The position numbers and the translations under genes were made by a program. Positions 33,870 through 43,643 of a DNA stretch of 64,000 nt are shown here, piece by piece (position 1 is the first letter of the stretch; each line of letters starts with the position of its first letter). The notes under the pieces are model-generated. The model was not told where the DNA came from, did no database searches, and saw only the letters and a list, made by a program, of their open reading frames with translations. The DNA is from a virus, in IMG/VR virus record IMGVR_UViG_3300009702_000016, positions 1 to 64,000 of that record, one strand, 5' to 3'.

Positions 33870-35287
33870 ATTCTGTCCACCAGATCCTGCGCTTTTTGAA
33901 ATGTCTTAGCTTCGGGGTCCACGAGCCCTTCGGACTGCACAGACTTCGAATACGTTGCGATGTCACTGAAAGTACCAGGACTCCCAGGACCAAAGGCGTC
34001 TACATCCTCTGGCTCTTCTTTTTCTTCTTGCTCTGAAAAGTCCAGAAGCTTGGCGATCCTATTAGACGCCTCTAGTGCACCACGGCTTTCAGACTCCTTT
34101 CGAACATAAGAGAGTTTCTTCTTAGAGGTCGAGGGAAACTTCTGACTGGTCACCCTGTAGTAAATGTCGAATATACCTCTACCGAGGTTCTTTGTTTCGA
34201 TTACGGACAGAAGTCTCTCTGAATTTTGGGTAGCGAACGTGATCTCGTCGTTCTCTAGTCCCTCAAGCATGCCCTCCCTTCTTGTGTCCCGTATCCTTAC
34301 TTTCAGATGGTTATTCTTGTCTGACTTCACCTTGACGGGGATTGTAACATCTCCAATCTGGAGATGAGGAGAAACCGAGGCTGTCTTTCGGTGTCTGTGC
34401 AACTCTATCTTAACTGGAGGCTCTTCCGCGTTGAGAGTCACATGACCCACTGTCCAAATGACAGGAGTAATTGGAAGACCCTGTACTGGTGTCTTGACGT
34501 ACTCTAAAGTCACATGCGGGTTAAAGTTCTTGTGTATGAACTCCGTACTCGCAAGACCTGGGAGATGGTACTCAAGAAGGTCCAGGAGAGTGTCATGGAA
34601 GTCCATTAGACCCTGGCTTTCTGCGAGAGCCACCCACGGGTAGGTTCCGTCCTTTTGCTGATTAGGAAAGGTGAAAGACCTTTCTAGGCGTACGTCGAAG
34701 CTTCCGACTCTGCCTGCTGCTTTCTCGATCAGTCCTTCAACTTCCTTTCCTTCCTCTTTCGTAATCGAGGGGAAGTGGGCGACGGTGATATGCGGTTCGT
34801 ACTCTAGAGAGTCGGACAAGGGAAGAAAGCTTTGAATGTTCGTCGGGACTTCTACTCCAACGATTGCGCTAGGAGCCGAGGCGGCATACCGATCAATCCT
34901 CATCTCCTTAGTCTTCGATGGAACGATCATCATAAAGCTAAACTCTGCGTTCTTGTATCTGCTGAAGGATCCTCCGGTTTGGATCTCCGTGACCCCATCT
35001 ATGACCCCAGTAACCTCTTCTCCAACAACCTTGAAGGTGACACTGGACCCTACTTTAGCCCTCATGTAACGATACACATGCTCATTTCTGGCTTGTGCCG
35101 CTTCTTTCTCCTCCTTGAAGACAAAGGTAACTCGCAGTTTGTTCCTCTGGTACGCGGTCGAAACGAGCATTCCGATAAAGCTTTGCCCTCCAAAGCTCAT
35201 GTGCACACTTTGACCACGATACGACCCTAGTATTCTAGAAGCCGACTCCGCGTCATTAGCTGTATCAGCGGTGCGAAAGAGAAACAT
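33866..35287 (-). CDS. Multidomain protein with a central 2H phosphoesterase domain (LigT/2'-5' RNA ligase/Acb1-like fold)
   Basis: Two HxT motifs about 90 aa apart: YEPHITVAHF and FNPHVTLEY. Confidence 0.82.
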   Translation of the reverse strand: MFLFRTADTANDAESASRILGSYRGQSVHMSFGGQSFIGMLVSTAYQRNKLRVTFVFKEEKEAAQARNEHVYRYMRAKVGSSVTFKVVGEEVTGVIDGVTEIQTGGSFSRYKNAEFSFMMIVPSKTKEMRIDRYAASAPSAIVGVEVPTNIQSFLPLSDSLEYEPHITVAHFPSITKEEGKEVEGLIEKAAGRVGSFDVRLERSFTFPNQQKDGTYPWVALAESQGLMDFHDTLLDLLEYHLPGLASTEFIHKNFNPHVTLEYVKTPVQGLPITPVIWTVGHVTLNAEEPPVKIELHRHRKTASVSPHLQIGDVTIPVKVKSDKNNHLKVRIRDTRREGMLEGLENDEITFATQNSERLLSVIETKNLGRGIFDIYYRVTSQKFPSTSKKKLSYVRKESESRGALEASNRIAKLLDFSEQEEKEEPEDVDAFGPGSPGTFSDIATYSKSVQSEGLVDPEAKTFQKAQDLVDRI

Positions 35288-35288
35288 G

Positions 35289-35978
35289 CTACTTCTCGAT
35301 GCAACGGTGCACGATCCGATTTAGACCTGCACACCATCTCTTGCACATCCCCGCGTTTGGGGCGTAGAATGTACGGTTGTCAAACGTGTAGGCCCGAATA
35401 CCGTCAATACGATACTCGTCAAGAACCATTGTATTATCCTCGCTGCTCCTTTTTTGGGACTTCTCCATTCCGAAACCTTCCACCTTGGCCCAGGTTACGG
35501 GCTTGGGGAGGCTCATGTTCTTGCCTGACTTACGTGCAAGTTCCTTATTCTTTGGCTTTAGCATATAGGAATAACACTGCCTGCTGTTAAACATCGAGGA
35601 CAGGAACTCTGTCTTCTCCTTGGTGAGACCCTTAGGTGGCCTTGAGGAGATAAGCATGCACAAGGAGCCCAGACACATGACCATGTCCTTGTCTGTGGGC
35701 GAGTCCAGCTGGGCAGGGGCGGTGGAGCTTAGAGAAGGAGAAACATTTCCGCTTGGAGATGTCAGGTTGAACCGATATCCCTCTGCCGTGAGTGCGCTCT
35801 TCAGCCGCATAAGAAGACGGAAGGCTCTTGTGTTTTGATCGTAATCTGTACGCTCATCCATATGTGTCTGAATGTCGTCAAAGGCATTCTCCACGGCCTT
35901 GTTGTACTTTTTAGTCTTAGGCTTCTTCCTCTTTCCAGATAAGACCAGAAGTCTACTGGCTAGCTTATTCGCTGTCAT
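35289..35978 (-). CDS. Basic hypothetical protein
   Basis: Likely start MTANKLASRLL (35978); overlaps the upstream gene. Confidence 0.65.
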   Translation of the reverse strand: MTANKLASRLLVLSGKRKKPKTKKYNKAVENAFDDIQTHMDERTDYDQNTRAFRLLMRLKSALTAEGYRFNLTSPSGNVSPSLSSTAPAQLDSPTDKDMVMCLGSLCMLISSRPPKGLTKEKTEFLSSMFNSRQCYSYMLKPKNKELARKSGKNMSLPKPVTWAKVEGFGMEKSQKRSSEDNTMVLDEYRIDGIRAYTFDNRTFYAPNAGMCKRWCAGLNRIVHRCIEK

Positions 35979-36330
35979 CTTCGCTACTCCCTGCAACAAT
36001 ATCCATGCGGAGGTTTGTTATTACTTGCTGCACCTCTGCACGACGTTCTTGGCTGCTGACGTCCGCTGTACGCACCGAGGAAAAGGCCTCTCCTACGGAG
36101 GGGCTGGACTCCATTGACGCGATAATCTCCTCATACATCCGATGAATGAGGGAAGAGTCATTCTCCTTCGAGGAGGCGTAGGCAATAAGCTCAGCGCCTA
36201 AAAGGGCAGCGGATGCCACAATAGCTCTAGGGGAAGTTCCCTCCGAGTCCTCCACTAGAGAGCGCAGGCGCTCTAGTTTGTCGAACTTTTGGTAGGCAAG
36301 AACTACCCTCTTCTGTAGGCCAGAATCCAT
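35965..36330 (-). CDS. Hypothetical protein
   Basis: GGAG SD upstream of the ATG. Confidence 0.65.
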   Translation of the reverse strand: MDSGLQKRVVLAYQKFDKLERLRSLVEDSEGTSPRAIVASAALLGAELIAYASSKENDSSLIHRMYEEIIASMESSPSVGEAFSSVRTADVSSQERRAEVQQVITNLRMDIVAGSSEDDSE

Positions 36331-36456
36331 TTTAGTGCTCCAGTATTACGCCATATTTGCTGTATCGTAGGGTACTGTTCCCAAAGAGCAGCAGCACAGT
36401 GAGAGGTTGCAGTGCAGACTTAGGTAACATGAAAAGGCACCTGGTAATACTTGTAA

Positions 36457-38085
36457 TCAAGGTTCAATATTTAGCATCCATTTGGCTTGTCCACAGTCCC
36501 AAACCTTGTGGCATCCCTTTTTGTACCCAGAGTTTCTCCTGAACCTCATTCTGTGATATGAGTTACCCTTTCCATCAGTCCACGCGAAACTCAAACTGGT
36601 GTTCTCTAGGGTCCACCCCAGGCTTGACAGATAGGTCCCGTCGCCATAACGAAGATCTACAAACGTCTGAACCTTTTTAGGCTTCTTGTCCCTTATCGCA
36701 TGCGCAAGTAACTTGCTGTATCCTCCTACGACTGAGAGGTGGGGCATAGAGCAGAACCGGCTGACATTCAATATCCCGTCTTTTATGGACTTGAACTTCA
36801 CCTGTAGAGAAGATACTGCCTCGTCCTCGTAGAAAAGAGAATACACAGTGCCTTGGCCCTTTCCCATTAGATGGTACTTTTCGAACATAACTGGGCTGTC
36901 CTGTGCTACTTTCGTTTTTCGCGCAAACACTCGGGTGTTTTTCCCCAGGAAGTTCAACAGGATGGATCGACACACTTCTGGTTTGTTGTTCAACTCATCT
37001 TCCCTAAAGAAGAAGGAGCGGTATCCTTGGGCAAGGTAAGCTGCCCGTTTCTTCTCATGGTACCTTTTGTCCTTTATTACGGCGTCAGAGTGCCAAAATA
37101 GTCCATCACATTCGACTACTAGCTTCTTGTCGTGGACAACGATATCCGGGATGTACGACGTACCTGCAAACTTACGATTTCTTGTGACCTCCAGGCCCTC
37201 TTCTTCGAGCCACCGAGCTACTCGGTTCTCCAAGGTCCAGGATGCAGGACTGTAATCCTCTAGGAGATTTATGGCCTCCTCTTCTGTCCTTCCCTTAAGA
37301 GCTACCAAAACTGTGGAGTAGGACGAACCGATTTTCTCCGCATACTCTCTCTGCGTCATCCCCTCTATCAAAGTCATCGTTCCATTTCGGACTCGTTTCT
37401 CAACTACCTCCGACTGGCTAGGAAAGAAAACCTTAATCGGATCCTCCTCCAGACTGGAAAACATCCAAGAGGAAGTGTGAGTAAAGGTTCGTCCGTTTCT
37501 GGTGTCCAGCACCTCCAGCATGATGTCCGACGACTTATCGCTCTTGTGCACACTGAGAAGAGTGAGATGAGGAGCGACAGCCTCCAGTCGTATCCCAAAC
37601 GCCTCCTGGCTGCTCGCTGGAGGCAGCCCTAGCCTTTGGGAGAGCCGTCCTCGGCTTACTCCCTGCTCCTTGGCTATCCTCGACAGGGAGACGCCCCGTG
37701 CCCACTGACGGATGAGATCCCTGTCCTCCTCAGACCTGCCCTCAAGTAGCTCCTCTAGCGTGCTTGCCTTGGGCTGCTTGACACTAGAGATCAAGTCCCC
37801 TGACAGCATAACGTGGTTCTCGCCCTTCTCTGTGTTCAGGAAATGCAGGTAGACTTGCTTGTTTCCTCCCTTCGTATGCCTGACTTCCTGGCGAGTGATA
37901 CGAAGATGAGGAGCTAGAAGGTTTAACTTGAACTGGAAGATCCCTGGGTCCCCTTTTGCTGGGATACCAAGTTCCTTCCTTACTCTCCGTGTTGGGATTC
38001 CCAACTCCCTACCAAGATTTGACAGGGTTTCTCCTTTTGCCCATGAGTATAGAAGAGACTTCTTTTTCTCTAAGGCTAACTTCAT
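36457..38085 (-). CDS. Hef-like free-standing (homing) endonuclease: N-terminal HTH repeats, DUF559/Vsr-like PD-(D/E)xK nuclease, C-terminal GNAT-like domain
   Basis: YIPDIVVHDKKLVVECDGLFWHS...GYRSFFFREDEL; FARK...YHLMG...SRFCS...VVGGYSKLL...TFVDLRYGDG...VWDCGQAKW. Confidence 0.78.
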   Translation of the reverse strand: MKLALEKKKSLLYSWAKGETLSNLGRELGIPTRRVRKELGIPAKGDPGIFQFKLNLLAPHLRITRQEVRHTKGGNKQVYLHFLNTEKGENHVMLSGDLISSVKQPKASTLEELLEGRSEEDRDLIRQWARGVSLSRIAKEQGVSRGRLSQRLGLPPASSQEAFGIRLEAVAPHLTLLSVHKSDKSSDIMLEVLDTRNGRTFTHTSSWMFSSLEEDPIKVFFPSQSEVVEKRVRNGTMTLIEGMTQREYAEKIGSSYSTVLVALKGRTEEEAINLLEDYSPASWTLENRVARWLEEEGLEVTRNRKFAGTSYIPDIVVHDKKLVVECDGLFWHSDAVIKDKRYHEKKRAAYLAQGYRSFFFREDELNNKPEVCRSILLNFLGKNTRVFARKTKVAQDSPVMFEKYHLMGKGQGTVYSLFYEDEAVSSLQVKFKSIKDGILNVSRFCSMPHLSVVGGYSKLLAHAIRDKKPKKVQTFVDLRYGDGTYLSSLGWTLENTSLSFAWTDGKGNSYHRMRFRRNSGYKKGCHKVWDCGQAKWMLNIEP

Positions 38086-38113
38086 TGTACCTTCTTGTTT
38101 ACAGCGTTAACGA

Positions 38114-38141
38114 GAAAAGGGCCGCCGAAGCGACCCTTTTC
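38114..38141 (-). terminator. Rho-independent terminator after the major capsid gene
   Basis: Minus strand GAAAAGGGUCGC-UUCG-GCGGCCCUUUUC, with a C(UUCG)G tetraloop. Confidence 0.85.
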
Positions 38142-38173
38142 CATTTGTTAGCAGCTAGTTAGCTGCCGCGAGG

Positions 38174-39292
38174 TCAGACTCGGATTCCACGGTCGCACGC
38201 GCGCCCGTTAACAATCACCTGTCCCTGGATCTGCTCCATGAACCAGCCACGAGCAGGACGCCCGAGGTTGTACTGGTCGATGGCACGGGAGTCCAGTTCC
38301 TTACGCTGCGTGATGGTTCCCAGGGTTACTGGGGAAGCCGTCACGTAAACCTCACCAGGCTGAAGAACCTGCAAGGTCTCGTAGCGGAAGCCGTCCGTGA
38401 TGATCTCCATTCCAAGCATTGAACCAAGTCGTCCCTCAAGGATCAACTCGTGCTTGTGAACCTGATCCCACCAAGCCACGAAGTCCGCATCTGCGATGAT
38501 GTCATCCCAGATATCCCAAGCAATCACCATGGTGGCTGCGTTGGTTCCCCAGCGGTTGACCTGCGTACGCAGGGTAGTAAGCACTGAGGGGTTGAACGTG
38601 GTGAACAGAACGAGGTCGTTGAAGGTCGTTGCTGCGCGGTTAAGCAGGGCACGGGTAAGCACGTCCTCGCGACGAAGAATCGCCTCAAGTCCGTCCTGGA
38701 ACTTCTCATCGAGAATATCCGTGGGAGCCTGCTCGATCTCCTTATCCTCGATAAGGATGTTCGCAGCAAGGTAGAACTCAGCCGGGTAGACCCAGGTCTG
38801 ACGAATGCGCTGCTCGCGAATCTTGACGTCCGAGGTAACCTGGAACGCCAAGACATCCTTACGACGGACCTTCACTCGGCCTGTCTGTCCCTTGGAAAGG
38901 GGCGTAACAGCCAAGAGACGGCGGCTAAAGCCTTCACGACCCAGAGTTTCCCAGATTTCCTCGGAGATTACCTCTCCCAGAACCTGGAACTTGGAGCCGC
39001 TCTTGTCGTAGTATGCTTCACGAAGTGTTGCGAGACGCTGGTTTGCGTCAGCAACAGAAGCAGTCTTTACGTCAGTACGGGACTGTTGAAGTACGTTACC
39101 GATGACCTGCATCAGCTCTTGCGTCGAGCTAGCATTAAGCTCTCCGTTCGCGCCGTATGCGGGACCATTGGACATTCTCGTACCAGAAGCCGTCCGAACG
39201 CCGCCACGCACACCATCCTGAGAGGCTGCGGGAACGTCGGGGGCATTTCGCATCACCTTGATGCCGGGACCTGAAGCGTATGGGTTTGCCAT
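38174..39292 (-). CDS. Major capsid protein (HK97-type fold)
   Basis: 372 aa from MANPY; follows protease, scaffold and decoration genes; ends at a strong terminator. REGFSRRLL...YPAEF...EIEQAPTDILDEKF...RED resembles, from memory, MCPs of phiRSL1/Lu11/PaBG-type jumbo phages. Confidence 0.85.
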   Translation of the reverse strand: MANPYASGPGIKVMRNAPDVPAASQDGVRGGVRTASGTRMSNGPAYGANGELNASSTQELMQVIGNVLQQSRTDVKTASVADANQRLATLREAYYDKSGSKFQVLGEVISEEIWETLGREGFSRRLLAVTPLSKGQTGRVKVRRKDVLAFQVTSDVKIREQRIRQTWVYPAEFYLAANILIEDKEIEQAPTDILDEKFQDGLEAILRREDVLTRALLNRAATTFNDLVLFTTFNPSVLTTLRTQVNRWGTNAATMVIAWDIWDDIIADADFVAWWDQVHKHELILEGRLGSMLGMEIITDGFRYETLQVLQPGEVYVTASPVTLGTITQRKELDSRAIDQYNLGRPARGWFMEQIQGQVIVNGRACDRGIRV

Positions 39293-39485
39293 TTCGTTTT
39301 CTCTTGTTAGAACAAAGTTGTAGTGGTTGTTAGACTGGTTTTTGTTTGGGAGAAAACTTGTGATTTCCTTAAAGTAAAACTTAGACTCGCTTCGATTGGG
39401 TCCTAATGAATACATCAGGGTAAGACTATAGGGTTAACATAATGTTGCTGAAGATTAGTGTCTTACTTCTCAGAAGAAGTAATAG

Positions 39486-39800
39486 TCAGGAGAATGCATT
39501 TTTTCCAAAGTATTGGATGTCCGCGAGGTTCATATTGGACGCGATGGCGTCCAAGAATGAAGAACCGATTGACCTGATTCCTGTAGGATTTAGCTGCTTT
39601 GGCGTGATAACAACGGGCTTTCCTACTTTGTAGTCAGACGTTAAGGGAGTGACTTCCACGCTGACTGCCGCATAGTCTGTGGTCACTAGAGTCAGGGCCA
39701 GTCCTGTTCCTTTCTTCCTGGATCCGTAGTAGTTCCTAGCCGCAAACTCATCTTGGTAGTGTCCTGCGTGGTATCTGTCGCTTTTGATTGTGATCGTCAT
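39486..39800 (-). CDS. Hypothetical protein inserted between the decoration and capsid genes
   Basis: Strong SD (AGGGAG), own AT-rich upstream region, located downstream of a hairpin terminator. Confidence 0.65.
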   Translation of the reverse strand: MTITIKSDRYHAGHYQDEFAARNYYGSRKKGTGLALTLVTTDYAAVSVEVTPLTSDYKVGKPVVITPKQLNPTGIRSIGSSFLDAIASNMNLADIQYFGKNAFS

Positions 39801-39860
39801 GGATTTTCTCCCTTGTATTTCTAAGATAACGAGGCAGGAAATAATACAGTAAGCCCAAAC

Positions 39861-39896
39861 GACAAGAGCCCCGAACTTTCGTTCGAGGCTCTTGTC
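39861..39896 (-). terminator. Hairpin terminator after the decoration gene
   Basis: Minus strand GACAAGAGCCUCGAAC-GAAA-GUUCGGGGCUCUUGUC, then GUUU. Confidence 0.75.
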
Positions 39897-39923
39897 TGAT
39901 GCGACTACGAGAGTCGCTTAGGG

Positions 39924-40628
39924 TCAGCTGGCGAGATGGTACTTGATACCAAGTCGTCCATCTGCCACACCGGGAACCTGTGAAACGAAGCCAAGCTTGG
40001 TTCCAACTGCTGCCGAGGTAGCAAGGCCGCCTGCACCGGACATGACGTCGTCACCCACTGCGTAAGCTTTGGAGGTGTCGTACATCGTGGTGAAGATCTC
40101 ACCTTCCTGGGCACCCACAGCAACCGAGGAGAACAAGTCCTGTGCCCGGTTGTTGATGGAACGCTCGTGCTCGGTCGCAAGGACCTCCTCAAGCGTGGGC
40201 GTGTAACGGTAGGTCACACGAACGGAGTGACCTGCATCAAGCGCATTGAAGGTCAGGATGCCCTGTGCTGCATTCAGGGTGTAGGTACCCGCACCTGCGA
40301 GAGGTGAGGACATGGCACCAGGAGCCGTGAGGTCGAACACAAGTTCGTCACCAGCAATCAGGTTCGTGTTGCGCAGAGAGACGTTTCCGCCCGCTGCAGG
40401 AATTACGAGTTCCTCCACGACTGTTGCGGTGGCGTACTTCATCGCGTCAGTGATTGCGAATCCCGCAACCACCTCAGATGCCGCACCGGCAGAAGGCTGT
40501 ACAGCAAGGGTGCCGTCACCGGCATCCGTGTATACAAGGACTTGACCCTCTTCAGTGATTGCTGCGCCTGCGGCGACAGCCCTCTCACGAAGGTCGTTGA
40601 AATAAGAACGCTTTAGATCATATGCCAT
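39924..40628 (-). CDS. Putative capsid decoration/cement protein
   Basis: Ala/Gly/Thr-rich beta protein between scaffold and MCP; strong SD (GAGGGAG); own terminator. Confidence 0.65.
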   Translation of the reverse strand: MAYDLKRSYFNDLRERAVAAGAAITEEGQVLVYTDAGDGTLAVQPSAGAASEVVAGFAITDAMKYATATVVEELVIPAAGGNVSLRNTNLIAGDELVFDLTAPGAMSSPLAGAGTYTLNAAQGILTFNALDAGHSVRVTYRYTPTLEEVLATEHERSINNRAQDLFSSVAVGAQEGEIFTTMYDTSKAYAVGDDVMSGAGGLATSAAVGTKLGFVSQVPGVADGRLGIKYHLAS

Positions 40629-40647
40629 TTTTTATCTCCCTCAGAGA

Positions 40648-41604
40648 TTATCGAGTAGCGTGCGTATGTGCACCACGGAAACCCAATGACTCCCTCAGAG
40701 ACTCCTTTCCACTTTCCTCGTTATCAAACGAAGTAGATGCGCGGGTCTGAATGGGAACATTGTGCATTTGGTGAGAAGCAGGAATGGAATCAGTAGCCGC
40801 TACCACAGGGGTACGGGTATTGAGTCCCTTGATCTGTTCCTCTAGTTCTGAAAGGGCCTCGGGCTGGAGATCCATCCACTTGAATGCTTGCTTGAAGCAC
40901 TGCTCGAAATGGTCGGAAGCCTTGGCTTGGTAAGACGCTTCAATTACGGAGACAGCCTGTTGTTCGTTGATACCCGCAGACGCCATTCGCTGGAAAAGTT
41001 CCGCCTTGAGGGGATTCTCCTGAATGAAGTTCTTTGTCTGCGCGAGGACAACGAGATTAAGCATATTGAGGGCATCATCACGGAGATCGGCCTTGGCCCT
41101 ACGAAGCTCGGCGGTGGCAGAGGCAGTAACCTGCTGCTGAACCTGCTTGAAAGCGTCAGAACCGGAGACAGTGGCGACGTATGGACGAGCGTAAACTCCT
41201 TCCAGAATCTCCGCAAGATCAAATCGCTTTGATGCTTCACGGATCCCTTCGGCATACTTTTCAGTGACAAAGAGCTTTGCGATCTTCTCGTGCTCCTCCT
41301 GGTCTTCGAGACGAATCTCTGCGACAGGACGACCACTAGCTAGCACAACCCAGTGTGGGTTTTCCTGATCAGCTCCGTAGAGGAGAAGGTCAAGATGAGC
41401 GGTCTTTGGAACCAGAGCAGGATCCACCACAGGTGTAGACATCGTTGTCGGCGCTGGAGCCGCCATCTTTGCCTTGGGTGCTGTAGTGTTACCCTTGTTA
41501 CTTGAGGTTGAATGAGACTGTGCGCCCGTAGCAGATGCGTTCTTGCGAGATGCAATACGCTTCAATCGGGCGGCTCTTAAGGCTGCTGCATTTTTCTTAG
41601 CCAT
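40648..41604 (-). CDS. Putative scaffolding/head assembly protein
   Basis: Helical, Ala-rich; canonical position upstream of decoration and MCP genes. Confidence 0.55.
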   Translation of the reverse strand: MAKKNAAALRAARLKRIASRKNASATGAQSHSTSSNKGNTTAPKAKMAAPAPTTMSTPVVDPALVPKTAHLDLLLYGADQENPHWVVLASGRPVAEIRLEDQEEHEKIAKLFVTEKYAEGIREASKRFDLAEILEGVYARPYVATVSGSDAFKQVQQQVTASATAELRRAKADLRDDALNMLNLVVLAQTKNFIQENPLKAELFQRMASAGINEQQAVSVIEASYQAKASDHFEQCFKQAFKWMDLQPEALSELEEQIKGLNTRTPVVAATDSIPASHQMHNVPIQTRASTSFDNEESGKESLRESLGFRGAHTHATR

Positions 41605-41676
41605 AGTTTGGTACCTTGTGAGGGTTTGGGCCTAAGAGCGGCGAGGGAGATAGACACCATTGTCTACTTCCATAAG

Positions 41677-42963
41677 TCACAATGACTTGTGACGTAAATA
41701 GTCTAGAATCAAAAGCCTTTTAGCAACTTTACTCAATCTTTTTCTTACAGACGATAGTCTGGTCCCACGAGGATGCATCGGGGGAAGACCACCCCTTCCT
41801 GGAGCGGGCTTCTGTTTTTCACCACTTTGCGTGGATAAAGGTATCTCACTCTTCGTGTTTACGTCTTTTGGTATGGCCGTATTCTTACTTGGTTTACTTT
41901 CATTCCTAGACATGGGGTGCATTGGAGGAAGATTGTCTTCCTCATGCTTCCTTTTTATGGCATCTAGTTGCTTTTTGAGGGTATCAATGTCCTTGGTAGC
42001 TCTTTCTGACTGGTCTTTGATTGTATAGGGCATCATCTCCTGTGCCTTTTTAATGGCCTGGAGATAAGCTACCTTGAACTCTACGATGTCCCTGTCTTTA
42101 CGGAACAGACCGAACCGCTGGGTGTACACCTTCTTTACTCGTTCAAGCTCTTCAGGAGACAATCCCTGCTGGTTCTTTTCTATTGATTCTTTCAGATTGT
42201 ACAGGTAGTGCTCTTCCTTCTTCAGATGGTTATTTGAGTCCTGTACCTCCTTCTCTCTCTTTTTGGTCTCTACCCCGAGCGACTTTTCTACATTCTCTGT
42301 TCCTGCAGAGGAAAGTTCTGAGAACAGATTGGCCACCTTGTCTAATACAGGAGGTAGTTTCTTTACTAGAGATGGAATTGCACCCTGATCTATCTCAACA
42401 TTGGGGAACTCCTTACGGAGATCCGATATCTTCTCTCTAGCTTCTTTCTTCGCCTCTGCACTGTTTCCAGGAGTCTTTAGAAGCTTAACCAACGTATTGA
42501 TTTCTTTCTCGATCTTTCGGTTCCCATCGACCCAAGAGGCCTCCTTCGCCCTTATCCCCTTCTCGATGGGGTCCAAGATCTGTTTGACGCGATCAGTGTA
42601 CTTACTGTACTCACCAAATAGAAGATTGATCTTCTCTCCTACCCTCTGCTCTAATGCAGGAATCTTCAGTTCAGAAGAAACCTGCTTAACAGACTTCTCG
42701 ATCAAGTACTTTGATCCAACAGCCAATGTAGCTCTGTGGGAAATATCTTTTAGCCCATCTGCTACGACTCGCAAAGATTTCGCAGTCTCAGTGTTCTTCT
42801 GTATTTTCTTCTGTTCACTCTCAGGTAAGAGTGTCCTATCAGAATAGGGTCGGGTGGACCTCGCGGCAACTCGCATGATCCTTAGGTAGTAAGGGTATGA
42901 AGTTCTAGCTGTGTCTCGGGCCATAGGACAAATATAAGCCCCACTTCCATAATCTGGTAACAT
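41677..42963 (-). CDS. Coiled-coil hypothetical protein
   Basis: K/E-rich; LPPMHP occurs twice; exact start uncertain. Confidence 0.7.
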   Translation of the reverse strand: MLPDYGSGAYICPMARDTARTSYPYYLRIMRVAARSTRPYSDRTLLPESEQKKIQKNTETAKSLRVVADGLKDISHRATLAVGSKYLIEKSVKQVSSELKIPALEQRVGEKINLLFGEYSKYTDRVKQILDPIEKGIRAKEASWVDGNRKIEKEINTLVKLLKTPGNSAEAKKEAREKISDLRKEFPNVEIDQGAIPSLVKKLPPVLDKVANLFSELSSAGTENVEKSLGVETKKREKEVQDSNNHLKKEEHYLYNLKESIEKNQQGLSPEELERVKKVYTQRFGLFRKDRDIVEFKVAYLQAIKKAQEMMPYTIKDQSERATKDIDTLKKQLDAIKRKHEEDNLPPMHPMSRNESKPSKNTAIPKDVNTKSEIPLSTQSGEKQKPAPGRGGLPPMHPRGTRLSSVRKRLSKVAKRLLILDYLRHKSL

Positions 42964-42989
42964 TCCAGACCGAAAATCCTGGCTTATTT

Positions 42990-43400
42990 CTATTCGCTCT
43001 CGTACTTGGCCTTCAAGCTAGCCAACAGCTTCAAGTCCTCCCTCCTCTTTTTCTCCTCTTTTTCCCTCTTTCTTTTCTCCCCTGCCTTAGCATTTCTGAT
43101 CCCTTGGGCTGTCATCGGCCTAGAGAACGCAACCCCAACCCTTGGCCTGATACTAAGCTTAAACCCGTCGACACGATGGCCCTTGCTCTCGGCGCCTCTT
43201 TGCGCTTCATTTTCTATCTCAGAAGATACGGCTTGAAGGTATTCCATGATCTCCTTCAGAACCTCTTCTTTGTTGTCAGAGGAATAAGGAATGATCGTAG
43301 GTTTTGCTTCTGTCCACCTGTTGTACCTGACTCGGTACTTTTCTTTTTCTGTCATTTCACTCCATTCCTTCCTTAAGGTCGCCAAGTTGGAGTCTAGCAA
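42990..43400 (-). CDS. Hypothetical protein
   Basis: Charged ORF ending LKLLASLKAKYE; start uncertain. Confidence 0.55.
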   Translation of the reverse strand: MLDSNLATLRKEWSEMTEKEKYRVRYNRWTEAKPTIIPYSSDNKEEVLKEIMEYLQAVSSEIENEAQRGAESKGHRVDGFKLSIRPRVGVAFSRPMTAQGIRNAKAGEKRKREKEEKKRREDLKLLASLKAKYESE

Positions 43401-43623
43401 ACCTGGGCCTAGCCCTAGAGCGTAAGTCAGGCGTTACTTCCTCGTTGAAGTTCGCTGCAGTCCGAACATAGAGTTCGTTTCCTTCTGCACTTTTGTACAG
43501 GACCATTTCCCGGTCTGTTGTGGCGTCGATAACACTGCCTAAGACAACGTACAGGTTGCCTTTGAAGTGTCGGTAAACACCGCAAGCTGGAAGGTCTGTG
43601 CGCCCACAATTCGTAATGTGCAT
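43357..43623 (-). CDS. DUF1653-domain protein
   Basis: GVYRHFKGNLYVVLG...T.REMVLYK...LYVR...F.EEV...RF signature. Confidence 0.85.
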   Translation of the reverse strand: MHITNCGRTDLPACGVYRHFKGNLYVVLGSVIDATTDREMVLYKSAEGNELYVRTAANFNEEVTPDLRSRARPRFARLQLGDLKEGME

Positions 43624-43643
43624 GGGCTCTTTTTACAGAGTCT

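Noticed and set aside
39293-39415. 41-aa N-terminal extension of the major capsid protein in the ORF track
   Set aside because: AT-rich leader with atypical composition; MANPY at 39292, preceded by a purine-rich stretch, is the more plausible start.
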